Notes: a model not told the origin generated them from the sequence alone. 64,000 bases of DNA from Candidatus Avigastranaerophilus sp. (GCA_045599645.1 JAZRWI010000080.1:15735-79734), one strand, 5' to 3'; shown: positions 26,422 through 36,715, numbered from the stretch's first letter. A program made the numbers and translations.

Positions 26422-27735
26422 ATGGGTTTTGCTTTTTCTGACTATACAAACGTTATTGAAAATACAAATACAATCAGGGTTAACGGCCGCGTCACCCAGG
26501 TTGTAGGTCTCCTTATTGAAGCAACAGGCCCACAGAATCCAGTAGGTGACGTCTGCAATATCATAACTCCTAATGGTCCTCTTCCCTGTGAAATCGTAGG
26601 CTTCAGAAAAGATAGTGTTCTTTTAATGCCTTTGATTCATACAGAAGGAATCAGAAAAGGAGCAGAAGTAGTTCCTACAGGCCAGCCTTTAACCGCTCCG
26701 GCCGGTGATGAACTGCTTGGCAGATTATTGGACGGTTTAGGTAATCCAATTGACGAAAAGGGCGAATTTTCAGCCAGCATCCATAGAGTTCCACTTAACC
26801 GTGAACCACCTAACCCATTTACAAGAAAAAGAATTCTTGAACCAATGCCAACAGGTGTTAAGGTTCTTGACGGACTTCTTACCATAGGTAACGGCCAGAG
26901 ACTTGGTATTTTTGCAGGCTCTGGTGTTGGTAAAAGTACTTTACTAGGCATGATAAGCCGAACATCTAAGGCTGATGTAAACGTTCTAGCACTCATAGGT
27001 GAACGTGGTCGTGAAGTCAGAGAATTTTTGGAAAAAGACCTTGGGCCGGAAGGCATGAAGCGTTCCGTTATCGTTGTTGCAACATCTGACCAGCCTGCAC
27101 TCGTTAGAATTAAAGCTGCTTTTACAGCTACAGCTATCGCAGAATATTTCAGAGATCAGGGCAAAAACGTAATGCTGATGATGGATTCAGTAACTCGTTT
27201 TGCATTGGCACAGCGCGAAGTTGGTCTTGCAACCGGTGAACCACCTGCCACACGTGGTTACACCCCATCTGTTTTTGCTATGCTTCCAAAGCTGCTAGAA
27301 CGAGCAGGGACATCTCTCAAAGGTGCTATCACAGGCATTTATACAGTTCTTGTAGAAGGCGGTGACATGGACGAACCAGTTGCCGACGCCGTAAGAGGTA
27401 TTCTTGACGGTCACCTTATTCTCAGCCGTGACCTTGCTCATCAGAACATTTATCCTGCAATTGATATTCTGAGCAGTATTTCACGTCTTATGAACGAAAT
27501 AGCAGATAAGAATCATCTCGCCAATGCTGGTAAGCTGCGCAACATATATTCAACCTATATGAAAAATGTTGACGCCATTACACTTGGTGCTTATAAAGCT
27601 GGTTCTGACCCACGTATTGACGAAGCAATCAAAAAACAGCCTCTTATCGAAGCTTTTATAAAACAAGGAATTAACGAAGCTTGTCCATTCGAAGCCTCTG
27701 TTGCTGAAATAGCAAAAATAGCAGGCGGAAAGTGA
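26422..27735 (+). CDS. fliI: Flagellum-specific ATP synthase FliI
   Basis: Walker A GSGVGKST, Walker B MLMMDSVTRF. Overall F1/T3SS ATPase pattern. Confidence 0.9.
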   Translation: MGFAFSDYTNVIENTNTIRVNGRVTQVVGLLIEATGPQNPVGDVCNIITPNGPLPCEIVGFRKDSVLLMPLIHTEGIRKGAEVVPTGQPLTAPAGDELLGRLLDGLGNPIDEKGEFSASIHRVPLNREPPNPFTRKRILEPMPTGVKVLDGLLTIGNGQRLGIFAGSGVGKSTLLGMISRTSKADVNVLALIGERGREVREFLEKDLGPEGMKRSVIVVATSDQPALVRIKAAFTATAIAEYFRDQGKNVMLMMDSVTRFALAQREVGLATGEPPATRGYTPSVFAMLPKLLERAGTSLKGAITGIYTVLVEGGDMDEPVADAVRGILDGHLILSRDLAHQNIYPAIDILSSISRLMNEIADKNHLANAGKLRNIYSTYMKNVDAITLGAYKAGSDPRIDEAIKKQPLIEAFIKQGINEACPFEASVAEIAKIAGGK

Positions 27736-27744
27736 TAATCTGAA

Positions 27745-28197
27745 ATGGCATTTGAATTCAAATTGCGTCAGCTATTGCAGATAGCACTTCATGAAGAAAA
27801 TGAAGTGAAAAATCGTCTTGCCAAAAAAGACGCTCAAATAGCTGAGCTTGCAACTAAAATTCAAAGCTTTAAGGATCAGCAGACTCAGGCGCTTGCTGAG
27901 CAGCAGCAGGCAATGTTTTCCGGAGACCTGATGAAGGTTCAGATGTATCCGCCTTACATACAGTCATTGAAAAAATCAGAAGATTTTTACACCAATGAAA
28001 TGCAGCTTCAGCAGAAGCAACGTGCAAAGATAATGGCCGAATACGTTGAAAAGCAACGAAAACGAAAAACCTTCGAAAAGATGGAGGAAGTTGACAGAGC
28101 CAAATACATTAAGCAGATGCAGAAAAAGGAACAGGCCAGATTAGACGAATTTGGTGGAAGAAAAAGAAATACATTAATGGAGCCAGACAATGCTTGA
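27745..28197 (+). CDS. fliJ: Flagellar export protein FliJ (coiled-coil)
   Basis: 150-aa all-helical charged protein directly after fliI. Confidence 0.6.
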   Translation: MAFEFKLRQLLQIALHEENEVKNRLAKKDAQIAELATKIQSFKDQQTQALAEQQQAMFSGDLMKVQMYPPYIQSLKKSEDFYTNEMQLQQKQRAKIMAEYVEKQRKRKTFEKMEEVDRAKYIKQMQKKEQARLDEFGGRKRNTLMEPDNA

Positions 28198-28774
28198 AAA
28201 TATGAACAGACTTCTCGAAAAGATGGACGCTCTTAACAAGAGCCTCAGCATCTATGCCCCAAAGCATAATAGAAAAGCCAACAATGTTGATTTTCAAGCT
28301 CAGCTTGAAAAAGCCCAGAAAGGTCAGAATCTTTCATCCTGTTCACCGGCCACCACTGTAGAGAACGCTAATGATGTCCAATTCGCCAAGAATCTTAATG
28401 AAGAAGTTCAAGGTCTCATCGAAAAGTATTCAAAGGAATACAACGTTGACCCAGACCTCGTAAAGCAACTTATAACAGTAGCCTCAGGGAATAATCCCCA
28501 AGCTGTTGGCTCTAATGGTAACGTTGGCCTTATGCAGCTCAATCCATCTCTTTTAAGCACATATGGTATAACCAATCCATTTGATCCGGCCCAGAACATT
28601 TCCGCAGGAACTCAGCATCTTTCACAGTTGCTACAGAACAACAACGGAAACCTGCCGTTAGCTCTTGCCTCCTATAATACTGATCCATTAACAGTTAAGC
28701 GATTTGGTGGCGTTCCACCATACTTAGAAACCCAGAACTTTGTTAACCAGATTTTATCTGGCTTAGGCAAATAA
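28190..28774 (+). CDS. SLT (lytic transglycosylase) domain protein, flagellar operon-embedded; expected catalytic Glu appears replaced by Ala
   Basis: SLT-family motifs GNVGLMQLNP and ALASYNTDPLTVKRFGGVPPYLETQNFVNQIL. Position equivalent to the ES motif reads VASGNNP. 8-nt overlap with fliJ. Confidence 0.55.
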   Translation: MLENMNRLLEKMDALNKSLSIYAPKHNRKANNVDFQAQLEKAQKGQNLSSCSPATTVENANDVQFAKNLNEEVQGLIEKYSKEYNVDPDLVKQLITVASGNNPQAVGSNGNVGLMQLNPSLLSTYGITNPFDPAQNISAGTQHLSQLLQNNNGNLPLALASYNTDPLTVKRFGGVPPYLETQNFVNQILSGLGK

Positions 28775-28790
28775 ATAGAGGAAATCCAAA

Positions 28791-29726
28791 ATGCCTGATA
28801 ATAGACCCGACAACAAACCGGCTAACAATAAACAAGCAGAAGAAACTCAGCAATATAACGAAGAAGAACTGAATACTCCCGAAACACGGGAAGAACAGCA
28901 GGAAAGCTATAGAGAACCTTCCCCACTATTCAAGTTCTTCAGTACCATCTTCTATATTTTTTTACTTATCGCTGTAGGTATTGCATTAGTATTATTGCTC
29001 TTTTCTCTTGATTTTCTTAATATTTATACCTTCAGAAACAGCATTCCTGAATCTCTTAGAAAAGGCTGGCCTCTGGAAGCCTATTATGAATTCGTAAAGC
29101 TTCATCAGCTCCCTGAAGAAGAACGATATCAGCAGATGATGCATATAGAAAAAGACCGTTATAATCAGCTAATGAGCGACGGGAACAAGAGTCTTGAAGA
29201 CCGTGCAAAGGCTTTGGAAGAATCCTACAGAGCCTTAATCAGAACACAGAAAGAACAAAATAAATTAGACCAGGAAGCTATCCGTAAGAAACAGGAAGAG
29301 CTTGCACTGCAACAAAAAAAGCTTGAAGACAGTCTGGCTGACCTTGAAAAACGTAAGGCCGCTATTGATGATTTATCTAACCGTCTGGCTTCTGAAGCCA
29401 TGAATATAGAATCAAGCCTTATCAGATTTATGGAAAAAGAAAATAGACTTGATCAGGTTTGTGCAATTGCTGCTCAAATGGAACCCAAAGCTCTTGCCAG
29501 AGTATTTGACGAAGTTCCTGATGACCAGTTGATTTATGACATCATGGGCGGACTTCAGCCAAGTCATTCAGCAAAAACACTTGCCAATATGGACCCTGAA
29601 AAAGCAGGTAAGATTATGAAAATAAGCAACAATGCTCTGACATTACCTCCTCCAGGTCCATCAAGAAGCTATGTTCCTCAGTCTCTCACCAATCTGATAG
29701 ACGAAACTCAAGCCAATCGAAGATAA
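28791..29726 (+). CDS. MgtE-N/FliG-like domain flagellar protein (YlxF/MotE-like) with N-terminal TM helix and coiled coil
   Basis: C-terminal LDQVCAIAAQMEPKALARVFDEVPDDQLIYDIMGGLQPSHSAKTLANMDPEKAGKIMKI resembles the MgtE intracellular N domain. Its position after fliJ matches Bacillus ylxF. Confidence 0.5.
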   Translation: MPDNRPDNKPANNKQAEETQQYNEEELNTPETREEQQESYREPSPLFKFFSTIFYIFLLIAVGIALVLLLFSLDFLNIYTFRNSIPESLRKGWPLEAYYEFVKLHQLPEEERYQQMMHIEKDRYNQLMSDGNKSLEDRAKALEESYRALIRTQKEQNKLDQEAIRKKQEELALQQKKLEDSLADLEKRKAAIDDLSNRLASEAMNIESSLIRFMEKENRLDQVCAIAAQMEPKALARVFDEVPDDQLIYDIMGGLQPSHSAKTLANMDPEKAGKIMKISNNALTLPPPGPSRSYVPQSLTNLIDETQANRR

Positions 29727-29740
29727 TACAACGTAAATAA

Positions 29741-29772
29741 AAAGCCCTGGCTAATTGCCAGGGCTTTTTATT
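29741..29772. terminator. Bidirectional rho-independent terminator (AAAAAGCCCTGGCTAATTGCCAGGGCTTTTTAT) closing the flagellar operon and the convergent minus-strand lipoprotein operon
   Basis: Perfect GC-rich stem GCCCTGGC/GCCAGGGC, flanked by an A-run on one side and a T-run on the other. Confidence 0.8.
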
Positions 29773-29786
29773 TACGTTGTATTTGC

Positions 29787-30302
29787 TTACTGCAAGCTTG
29801 CTAACTGCTGATTGATTTCTTCAGATTCCAGCTTACTACTTCTTGTTGCCTGAAGAACACGCTGTCTCAGATTAGCGTAGAACAACTGCTTGTCTTCCGG
29901 GCTGTCTTCGATGATTACCTTAGGTGGTTCAATCATTGCAAAATCCTTGCTAGCACCGTAGAATCCATCGTCATCGCTTTCATGGAATAAAACAGTCATT
30001 GCTACATCAGAACGGTTTTCAAGATTTTCAACAATCTTTTCAGCCATTTCATCGCTCATAGGAATTTCTGCAACTGGTAAAATGCTTTCATCTGCTCTGT
30101 CCAAGATTAAATCAACTGCTTCTTCTTCACAGATAAGCTTTTCTTCTTCATCAGAATAAGTTCTGTGCTGAAACTGTTTAAGTCTTTCCTGAAGAGATTT
30201 AATCCTCAAATTCATGCTGTCTGTGCTGGAAATATCAGCATAAGCATTGCTACAGCACAGGCACAGGAATGCCATTCCCAGACTAAGAGCCAATTTACGC
30301 AT
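29787..30302 (-). CDS. Secreted acidic hypothetical protein
   Basis: Start placed at the ATG at 30302 (MRKLALSLGMAFLCLCCSNAYA signal peptide; GGAGG RBS at 30311-30315). Last gene of the beta-helix lipoprotein operon. Confidence 0.45.
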   Translation of the reverse strand: MRKLALSLGMAFLCLCCSNAYADISSTDSMNLRIKSLQERLKQFQHRTYSDEEEKLICEEEAVDLILDRADESILPVAEIPMSDEMAEKIVENLENRSDVAMTVLFHESDDDGFYGASKDFAMIEPPKVIIEDSPEDKQLFYANLRQRVLQATRSSKLESEEINQQLASLQ

Positions 30303-30376
30303 TATTTCTACCTCCGTCGACAAATAAAGTGTTCTATTACTTAATTCATCGGCATAAACAGGTGCTTTTATTAGTA

Positions 30377-32347
30377 TTATTCAGCACCATAAGCGCCAAT
30401 CTGGCCTTTATTTGAAGCTACATCAAGAAGTGGTGACCCGCTCTGCAGATGATAATCATATACATTCCCAATTTTTCCTTCGAACATTGGATCGACATTA
30501 TGTATCGGTGCACCGCTCTGAGTGCAATTGACTGTAGCTGTCTTAAAACCAAAAATATTATTATATGGGAAAGCAATACCGGAAGAATACATGTCTTCAA
30601 TACCATTACCGCTTCCGCTACTAGCCATATTCACAATAATGTTATTCTGGACTTTTGCGTCCATAGCTCCTTCAAGCTGAATTCCGTTAAGGGCATCAAT
30701 AGTCAGAAACTGTGCATCACAATTATCACCGCTTATTTCAAGACCCTTGGCAAGAGAATTGATAACACCGTTTCTTATTCTTGTATCAGCCTTGTCAAAA
30801 GCCTGAACTCCAGCCTTTTTGCAATTTCTAACATCAAAATAATTAAGTGTCAGACCTGTGTTGTTATTAAGAATAATGCCTACATCACAGCCTTCAGCCT
30901 TTACATCTGAAATATTACAATAATATGTATTTTCTACATTTATACCTGTTTCACAATCTTCTGTATAAATTCCAGAAATAGCTGTTCCACTAGCTGTAAT
31001 CAATGCAAAACCGGTTTTACAATATCTGGCTTTTACATTATCAATTTTCAGGTTACTGCTATAAAGCTTAAGCCCTGTATTTGCACCTGATATAACAACA
31101 TTACTGAACAAGCTTTCGTTTTCACCTATTCCAGCCATGAATCTTATGCCATCCCAGTCATTGTTCTGAGGTGTTGAGGACTGTGAAAGGAATTGAATTG
31201 GTTCTGCTTCGGTGCCACGGGCAATAATAACTCCTTCAACTACGAATTCACAGAGACTGTTTTTAAAAGTGTTATCCTTATTGCCATCAGTAAAGAATCT
31301 GATGCTAGTGCCAGGTTCAATAGTCAAAGTATATCTTGAAGGAATCGTAATATCACCACCCAAACTAATCGGGCTCCATTCCTTTTTCCAGACAATATCT
31401 TCATGGATTGTTCCTGTAGGAACAAAGCTTCTTACAGCAGGCAATTCAGAGAGATTACCTTCATAATCTACTGCATAAAGATTATAGGTATAATAGCGGC
31501 CTGGAGAAACCAGATCGTCAACAACAGACAACTGGCTGCTGAACATGTCGTTTTCATCTCTTAAAAGAGCGAGCTTTCCACCGTTTTCACTGCGATAAAT
31601 TCTAAATCCCCTGATTGGATCCGCACCGGCATATTGCCAAGAGAGCTGAGGACCATATATCGTCTGAGTAATATTGAAATCAATAGGAGTATCTGGCGCC
31701 CCTTCGATATCATACATGCTTACAGTCTTAAAGCTTGACTGTTCTGTAGTAAAGGTGCGGCCGTCAGATGTAGTTCCTGTTACAGAAAAATAATAGGTTG
31801 AATCAGGATAAAGATTATTAAGTGTAATTCTATGCTGAGTAGCTTTTGCATCTGGTGTTGTAGTGCTTGGCATATTGCTTAATTCGCGATATGTAACCGA
31901 AACACTCATTTCTTCATGACAATTAATATCAAGAACAACACTTGTTTTTTCCTTTACTGCAACATTAGCCTTTATCATCTTTTCCATGCTATCAACAACG
32001 ATTGTAACGTCATTAATAACCTGACCATACCCTAATTCTATTGTTGCAGAGCCAAGATAAAATCCGTCACGTTCGACTGTTAAATTATGATGTCCTTCAT
32101 CTAATGAAGTAAACATGAAACGGCCCATTTCATCTGTTTCAGCTTTGTAAAGAGAACGATTTGATGTAATTATTGCTCCGGAGACAGCTAGTTTATTAGA
32201 ATCAATAACAATGCCAGATACGCTGCCACGCTGAGTATCAAGAACATGATCCTCGTCTCTTACACAGCCAACAGTGAAAATAATAAATAAGGAAACAACG
32301 AATATGAGTATGTTTCTTATCCAAAGCTTAGTATTTTCGTTTCTCAT
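30377..32347 (-). CDS. Surface lipoprotein paralog 1: CarboxypepD_reg-like + FN3-like + right-handed parallel beta-helix repeats
   Basis: Lipobox FTVGC. N-terminal SGIVIDSNKLAVSGAIITSN (carboxypeptidase-regulatory-like beta-sandwich), then multiple PbH1-type repeats. Conserved C-terminal DP.F...Y.Y.L...SP motif shared with the two paralogs. Confidence 0.55.
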   Translation of the reverse strand: MRNENTKLWIRNILIFVVSLFIIFTVGCVRDEDHVLDTQRGSVSGIVIDSNKLAVSGAIITSNRSLYKAETDEMGRFMFTSLDEGHHNLTVERDGFYLGSATIELGYGQVINDVTIVVDSMEKMIKANVAVKEKTSVVLDINCHEEMSVSVTYRELSNMPSTTTPDAKATQHRITLNNLYPDSTYYFSVTGTTSDGRTFTTEQSSFKTVSMYDIEGAPDTPIDFNITQTIYGPQLSWQYAGADPIRGFRIYRSENGGKLALLRDENDMFSSQLSVVDDLVSPGRYYTYNLYAVDYEGNLSELPAVRSFVPTGTIHEDIVWKKEWSPISLGGDITIPSRYTLTIEPGTSIRFFTDGNKDNTFKNSLCEFVVEGVIIARGTEAEPIQFLSQSSTPQNNDWDGIRFMAGIGENESLFSNVVISGANTGLKLYSSNLKIDNVKARYCKTGFALITASGTAISGIYTEDCETGINVENTYYCNISDVKAEGCDVGIILNNNTGLTLNYFDVRNCKKAGVQAFDKADTRIRNGVINSLAKGLEISGDNCDAQFLTIDALNGIQLEGAMDAKVQNNIIVNMASSGSGNGIEDMYSSGIAFPYNNIFGFKTATVNCTQSGAPIHNVDPMFEGKIGNVYDYHLQSGSPLLDVASNKGQIGAYGAE

Positions 32348-34323
32348 TTCCTTGTTACCCCATATCTACCAAGTTCAAGTCCGAATTCATCGTTTATACG
32401 GCAGAGAGAAGATTCACTAAGATTGTAATCATATGGACTTCCACCGACAAAAGCTGGATCCAGAGCCACTGATAATGTTCCAACATCGCAGCCATAAACA
32501 GCATTCGCAAAGCCATAAATATCGTTATAGCAGTAGGTTGGATACTGGCTTTCATTCATATATGCAATACCAGTTGCACCGGCATTGGAGGTATTAGTGA
32601 AAATATTGTTAGTCAGGTAGAGAGAACCAGTAGCAATAATCAAGGCTCTATCAGCATCAACAGTAACATGGTCTATTATATTGCCACCATCATTCCTGAG
32701 GATATTAGTGTAATTGATACCTTCTGGACTGACTACGAGGGTATTTGTAATAATGCTATTTGCAAAGGTTCCTCTTATACCCGTATTGTATGCATAAATA
32801 TCTGTATTACGGATGAATGTCTGGTCATAAATGCTATCTGTGAAGTTTTCAAGACCAACAGAGGTATTTGTTATTCTTGAATTCTTCAAAGTCATATGGA
32901 AACATTTATTGATTGAAACTGCTACTGATGAAATATCATCAAAATAACAATTTTCAAGTTCAACAGCCTGAGTTACCCCTTCAAAGCGTAAGCCGCCAAC
33001 GGAATGCTTAACAGTAATGCCACTTACAGCAACATTTACAGATTTAACATTAATAGTATAGCCACTGCAGCCAAAAATTTCTGCATTCCTGATAGCTGAA
33101 ATACCTGTCTGAGAAGAAAGAATTGTAATTCCAGCCCAGTGTTCACGTTTACCTGAACCATCAAGAGGACTGAAAATAACCGGTTCAGCTTCTGTGCCAT
33201 TAACAGTGAGTGAGCCATGAACCAGTATTTCTACTCTATCTGTATCAAAGCCAGATTTGAAGGAATCATTTTCGCTGATCTGGAATTCTGTTCCAGCTTC
33301 AACAGTCATATTGACACCCATGGGAACAATAAGGTCTGCTGTTATCTTTACAGGAGAATCCAGTTTACTTATGTTAATATCGTTCTTAACTACGCCAGGA
33401 ACGAAAACTAAGTCAGAGACCATCTTATCAGATTCAGCACCTACATTGTTTACAGCAGTAACTGCATAACGGCAGAAAACACCTGTTTCTGCTTCCACAT
33501 CGCTGTAACTGCAACCCTTAGTAATAACTGTTCCGTTGCAACGAACCCAGGCACCGCCCTTTTTCTGGCGATAAACATTATAGCCTGCAACAGAAAGCTT
33601 TGTTTCAGGAGCAGTCCAGGTCAAAGGCACTACACCAAGCTCAGTCATATCTGCTATCTTTATAGAAGATGGCTTATATGGCGCTTCGCCACTGGCAGTT
33701 CTAAAAGTATAATCGAAGGAAGAATAACTATTAGAAAATTCATCAAGATATTGAATCTTGAAATGATATACAGTTTCTGGGGTTAGACCGGTTAAGAGGT
33801 AATAATGTATTTTATTTGGGCGTTCTTCTGCAACATAGCTACCATAGCTCATATCTTTGCCATAATGGATGTTACAGCAGATATCCTTGTAGGTCTGCCA
33901 ATTAATTTCAACAGTAGTTGATGAAACCTGGCCAATAACAACTTTAGAAATTCTGTTACTGGCGCTCAAGCGGTCTAATCGGATAAAATCAACTTTTGTT
34001 TCCTGATCAGATTTTACTTCAGACTGATACTGTTCAAGCGCAAAATCGCTGTGCTGAATAATAATATTATTAAGGCCAGCAGGGAGTTCTGGCAGTCTGA
34101 AAGAACCGTCCAGACCGGAATAAACAATCTGGTCATCTGCAAACAGAGAAAAACATTTTGCATTAATTACTGCGTCGCCTTTTTCATCGATTAATCTGCT
34201 GCTAAAGCTGCCAGTATTGGACTGACGGCTTCCACAGCCTGTAAGCAGAGCAGTTAATAGCAAAACTGCCAGCAAAAAAGCTGGCACTATTTTCCTTCTG
34301 TCAATTTGGAACATCTTCTGCAC
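32344..34323 (-). CDS. Surface lipoprotein paralog 2 (same architecture)
   Basis: Lipobox LLTGC. 4-nt overlap with paralog 1. Beta-helix repeats and C-terminal DPAFVGGSPYDYNLSESS. Confidence 0.55.
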   Translation of the reverse strand: MQKMFQIDRRKIVPAFLLAVLLLTALLTGCGSRQSNTGSFSSRLIDEKGDAVINAKCFSLFADDQIVYSGLDGSFRLPELPAGLNNIIIQHSDFALEQYQSEVKSDQETKVDFIRLDRLSASNRISKVVIGQVSSTTVEINWQTYKDICCNIHYGKDMSYGSYVAEERPNKIHYYLLTGLTPETVYHFKIQYLDEFSNSYSSFDYTFRTASGEAPYKPSSIKIADMTELGVVPLTWTAPETKLSVAGYNVYRQKKGGAWVRCNGTVITKGCSYSDVEAETGVFCRYAVTAVNNVGAESDKMVSDLVFVPGVVKNDINISKLDSPVKITADLIVPMGVNMTVEAGTEFQISENDSFKSGFDTDRVEILVHGSLTVNGTEAEPVIFSPLDGSGKREHWAGITILSSQTGISAIRNAEIFGCSGYTINVKSVNVAVSGITVKHSVGGLRFEGVTQAVELENCYFDDISSVAVSINKCFHMTLKNSRITNTSVGLENFTDSIYDQTFIRNTDIYAYNTGIRGTFANSIITNTLVVSPEGINYTNILRNDGGNIIDHVTVDADRALIIATGSLYLTNNIFTNTSNAGATGIAYMNESQYPTYCYNDIYGFANAVYGCDVGTLSVALDPAFVGGSPYDYNLSESSLCRINDEFGLELGRYGVTRK

Positions 34324-36310
34324 CTATGTCTTCACCAGAATCATAACCAGCCTTTTTCAAAGTGCTGCCTGATTTTGGAGTGTAGCTGAAATTAGAATCT
34401 GTTAAAGCATCTATAAATGGGTCACCGCCAGTTAAAGCCGGCCCTGAAGATGAACTAAATGCCAGGTCACCACTTACAGCTAATGCATTTCCAGAGGAAT
34501 TGCCATACTTCATAGCTGGAACAGTCTGATTCCAAACACCATTATTCTGAATAGAGATATCAGTAGATGAAGTATTATTGCTTACATAAAGCAGACCCAT
34601 GCTATTGCGGTTTTTATCAGCCAACATGAGATTGCTTCTGATAAATGTCTTTGCAGTATCTTTTACCTGAATACAAAGAGGTGCCTGAATAGTATTTCTG
34701 CGGATTTCATCAAAACCGTTGCAAACGATACCTATTCCGCCAGTTCCCCACCCTATTGTATTGCGGTAAACCATAGAAGCAGAATTGTTAGCATTAACTT
34801 CAATAGCGGTAATTACATTAGCCTTGATTTTATTACCAGTAATCTGGTTCAGTTCATTATTCATAGCTCTAATGGCATATGAACAACCACTGAAGGTATT
34901 ATCTGAAATTTTAATAACAGCATTGCTATCACTTATATCAATACCAGTAATACAAGAAACAAAGCTATTGTTATCTATTTCAATATCATTTTCTGATTTA
35001 TTTGCATATATAGCAGCATCAGAGCAGTTGCTAAACCAGCATCCACTGATTTTTGGCAAACCATTTTCACCAACAACACCCTTTTCTGCAAATTGTATCT
35101 TTAAGCCTTCAAGAGATGATGCAGACAGGTCTGCAGATTCTTTGAAGGTAATACCTTCCCAGTCACCATTCTCTGGAACTGCTTCTGCCGATGTAATACA
35201 GACTGGCTGACTTTCAGTTCCCTGAACAAGCAAAGTACCAAGAACAGTTATACCAACCTTGTCTATTCCAACTCCGTCTGCATCCCACTTATCGATACCT
35301 GCAGCACGGATTTCTGTGCCTTTTGCAATAATAAGGCTTGCACCCTGAGCAATGATTAAATCCCCAGTGAGTTCATAAGGTGATCCCTGAGGATTCCAAA
35401 CAACGTTAGTATTTATTGTTCCAGGCATAACCATTGATACAACGGCAGAAGGTGAACTTTCATCGCCACTGCCTGCAATTCTGGTTACTCTATAAAAATA
35501 TTTTTCACCAACCTTAATACCCATATCAACATATGAAGCCTGCTGAACAATACCTGTGTTTATTTTTTCAAATACACCATCAATGCTGGAAGAACGATAA
35601 ACATTAAAGCCTGCAAAATCAGCACTCGCATCTGCATTCCAAGCAAGAGAAAAAGCTGAATTTCCATAATTTTTTGAAATGGTCAGGCCTGTTGGAGGTT
35701 CACTTCTAGCTGCTACAGAGGTTGTAAAGGTTTTAACTTCTGAAGTAAGAGCTCTGTTAAACTTATCTGTTCCTAGACACTGGAATACATATGTAGTAGA
35801 TGGAACAAGACCAGTAAGCTCAAAAATGTGAGTATATTTCTTAGCTGAACTGCTTGGCAATACCTTATCCATCTGGGAATTACTGCCATAAGCAATCTTG
35901 GTATCAGCTTCAAATTTTGTTTTAAAGCTGATGGTAGCCTTTGTTGAAGTAACTTCAGAGACAACTATGTCATATATTTCGCCTGCTGACGGAAGCTGGA
36001 ATGTGATATTTTCGACAATCATACCACTCTGAACTTCGTAGCTCTTTGATTGACTCTGATAATTTTCCTTGCTGGCTACAAATTCATATATCTGTGGTTC
36101 TAAGTCTTCAATATTCCACTTACCATAGTAGTCAGTAACAGCACTACGGCCGCCAACTGATACAACAGCTCCACTTAAAGCCTTAGCGTTTGTATCTAAT
36201 ACGATACCGCTGGCCCCACCCGAAGCAGCATCGTTGGAACCCATGCAGCCAATCAGGCTCATGACGGAAAATACAAGGATAAAAATTGTCATCAATCTAA
36301 AGTTTTTCAT
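34301..36310 (-). CDS. Surface lipoprotein paralog 3 (same architecture)
   Basis: Lipobox SLIGC, SGIVLDTNAKALSGAVVSVGG, beta-helix repeats. 23-nt overlap with paralog 2. Confidence 0.55.
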   Translation of the reverse strand: MKNFRLMTIFILVFSVMSLIGCMGSNDAASGGASGIVLDTNAKALSGAVVSVGGRSAVTDYYGKWNIEDLEPQIYEFVASKENYQSQSKSYEVQSGMIVENITFQLPSAGEIYDIVVSEVTSTKATISFKTKFEADTKIAYGSNSQMDKVLPSSSAKKYTHIFELTGLVPSTTYVFQCLGTDKFNRALTSEVKTFTTSVAARSEPPTGLTISKNYGNSAFSLAWNADASADFAGFNVYRSSSIDGVFEKINTGIVQQASYVDMGIKVGEKYFYRVTRIAGSGDESSPSAVVSMVMPGTINTNVVWNPQGSPYELTGDLIIAQGASLIIAKGTEIRAAGIDKWDADGVGIDKVGITVLGTLLVQGTESQPVCITSAEAVPENGDWEGITFKESADLSASSLEGLKIQFAEKGVVGENGLPKISGCWFSNCSDAAIYANKSENDIEIDNNSFVSCITGIDISDSNAVIKISDNTFSGCSYAIRAMNNELNQITGNKIKANVITAIEVNANNSASMVYRNTIGWGTGGIGIVCNGFDEIRRNTIQAPLCIQVKDTAKTFIRSNLMLADKNRNSMGLLYVSNNTSSTDISIQNNGVWNQTVPAMKYGNSSGNALAVSGDLAFSSSSGPALTGGDPFIDALTDSNFSYTPKSGSTLKKAGYDSGEDIGAEDVPN

Positions 36311-36466
36311 AGCGTCTTCTTTGAATTTCGGCTATTTGTCTTCAAAAGCTTAGATTTTTATATGACATCAAGAACAGATATTCCCTAAAATCGAAAAGGC
36401 ACTCCATGCCGCTTCCTGAGCTCAGTATGGTGGTGCCTTTTTGCTTGAATGCTTAGCAGTTTGTTT

Positions 36467-36715
36467 TTATGCTACTTCTTCAAGATTAATTGTAGAATCT
36501 TCGCACTGGCTGGCAAGATCAATCTTACCGTTGCTCATGTCAAAGAGTCTCTGCTGAATTCTGGCCTGAACGATTTCAAGACCGTTTGGCAGGTCGAGCA
36601 GGTTGATGTCTTTTCCTAAGACTTCGCCGTAGTTTTCTTTAATATGCTGAATCATACGAATTCTGAATTCAGCATCTGTCTTGGCCTGATACAATGGAGT
36701 ATTAGGTAGAATCAC
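36467..36715 (-). CDS. Small hypothetical protein (82 aa)
   Basis: ORF only. A hairpin plus U-run (36391-36440) follows on the minus strand. Confidence 0.3.
   Translation of the reverse strand: MILPNTPLYQAKTDAEFRIRMIQHIKENYGEVLGKDINLLDLPNGLEIVQARIQQRLFDMSNGKIDLASQCEDSTINLEEVA

Noticed and set aside
26637-27056. 139-aa minus-strand ORF inside fliI
   Set aside because: Pro/Ser/Leu-rich antisense artefact within a highly conserved ATPase gene.
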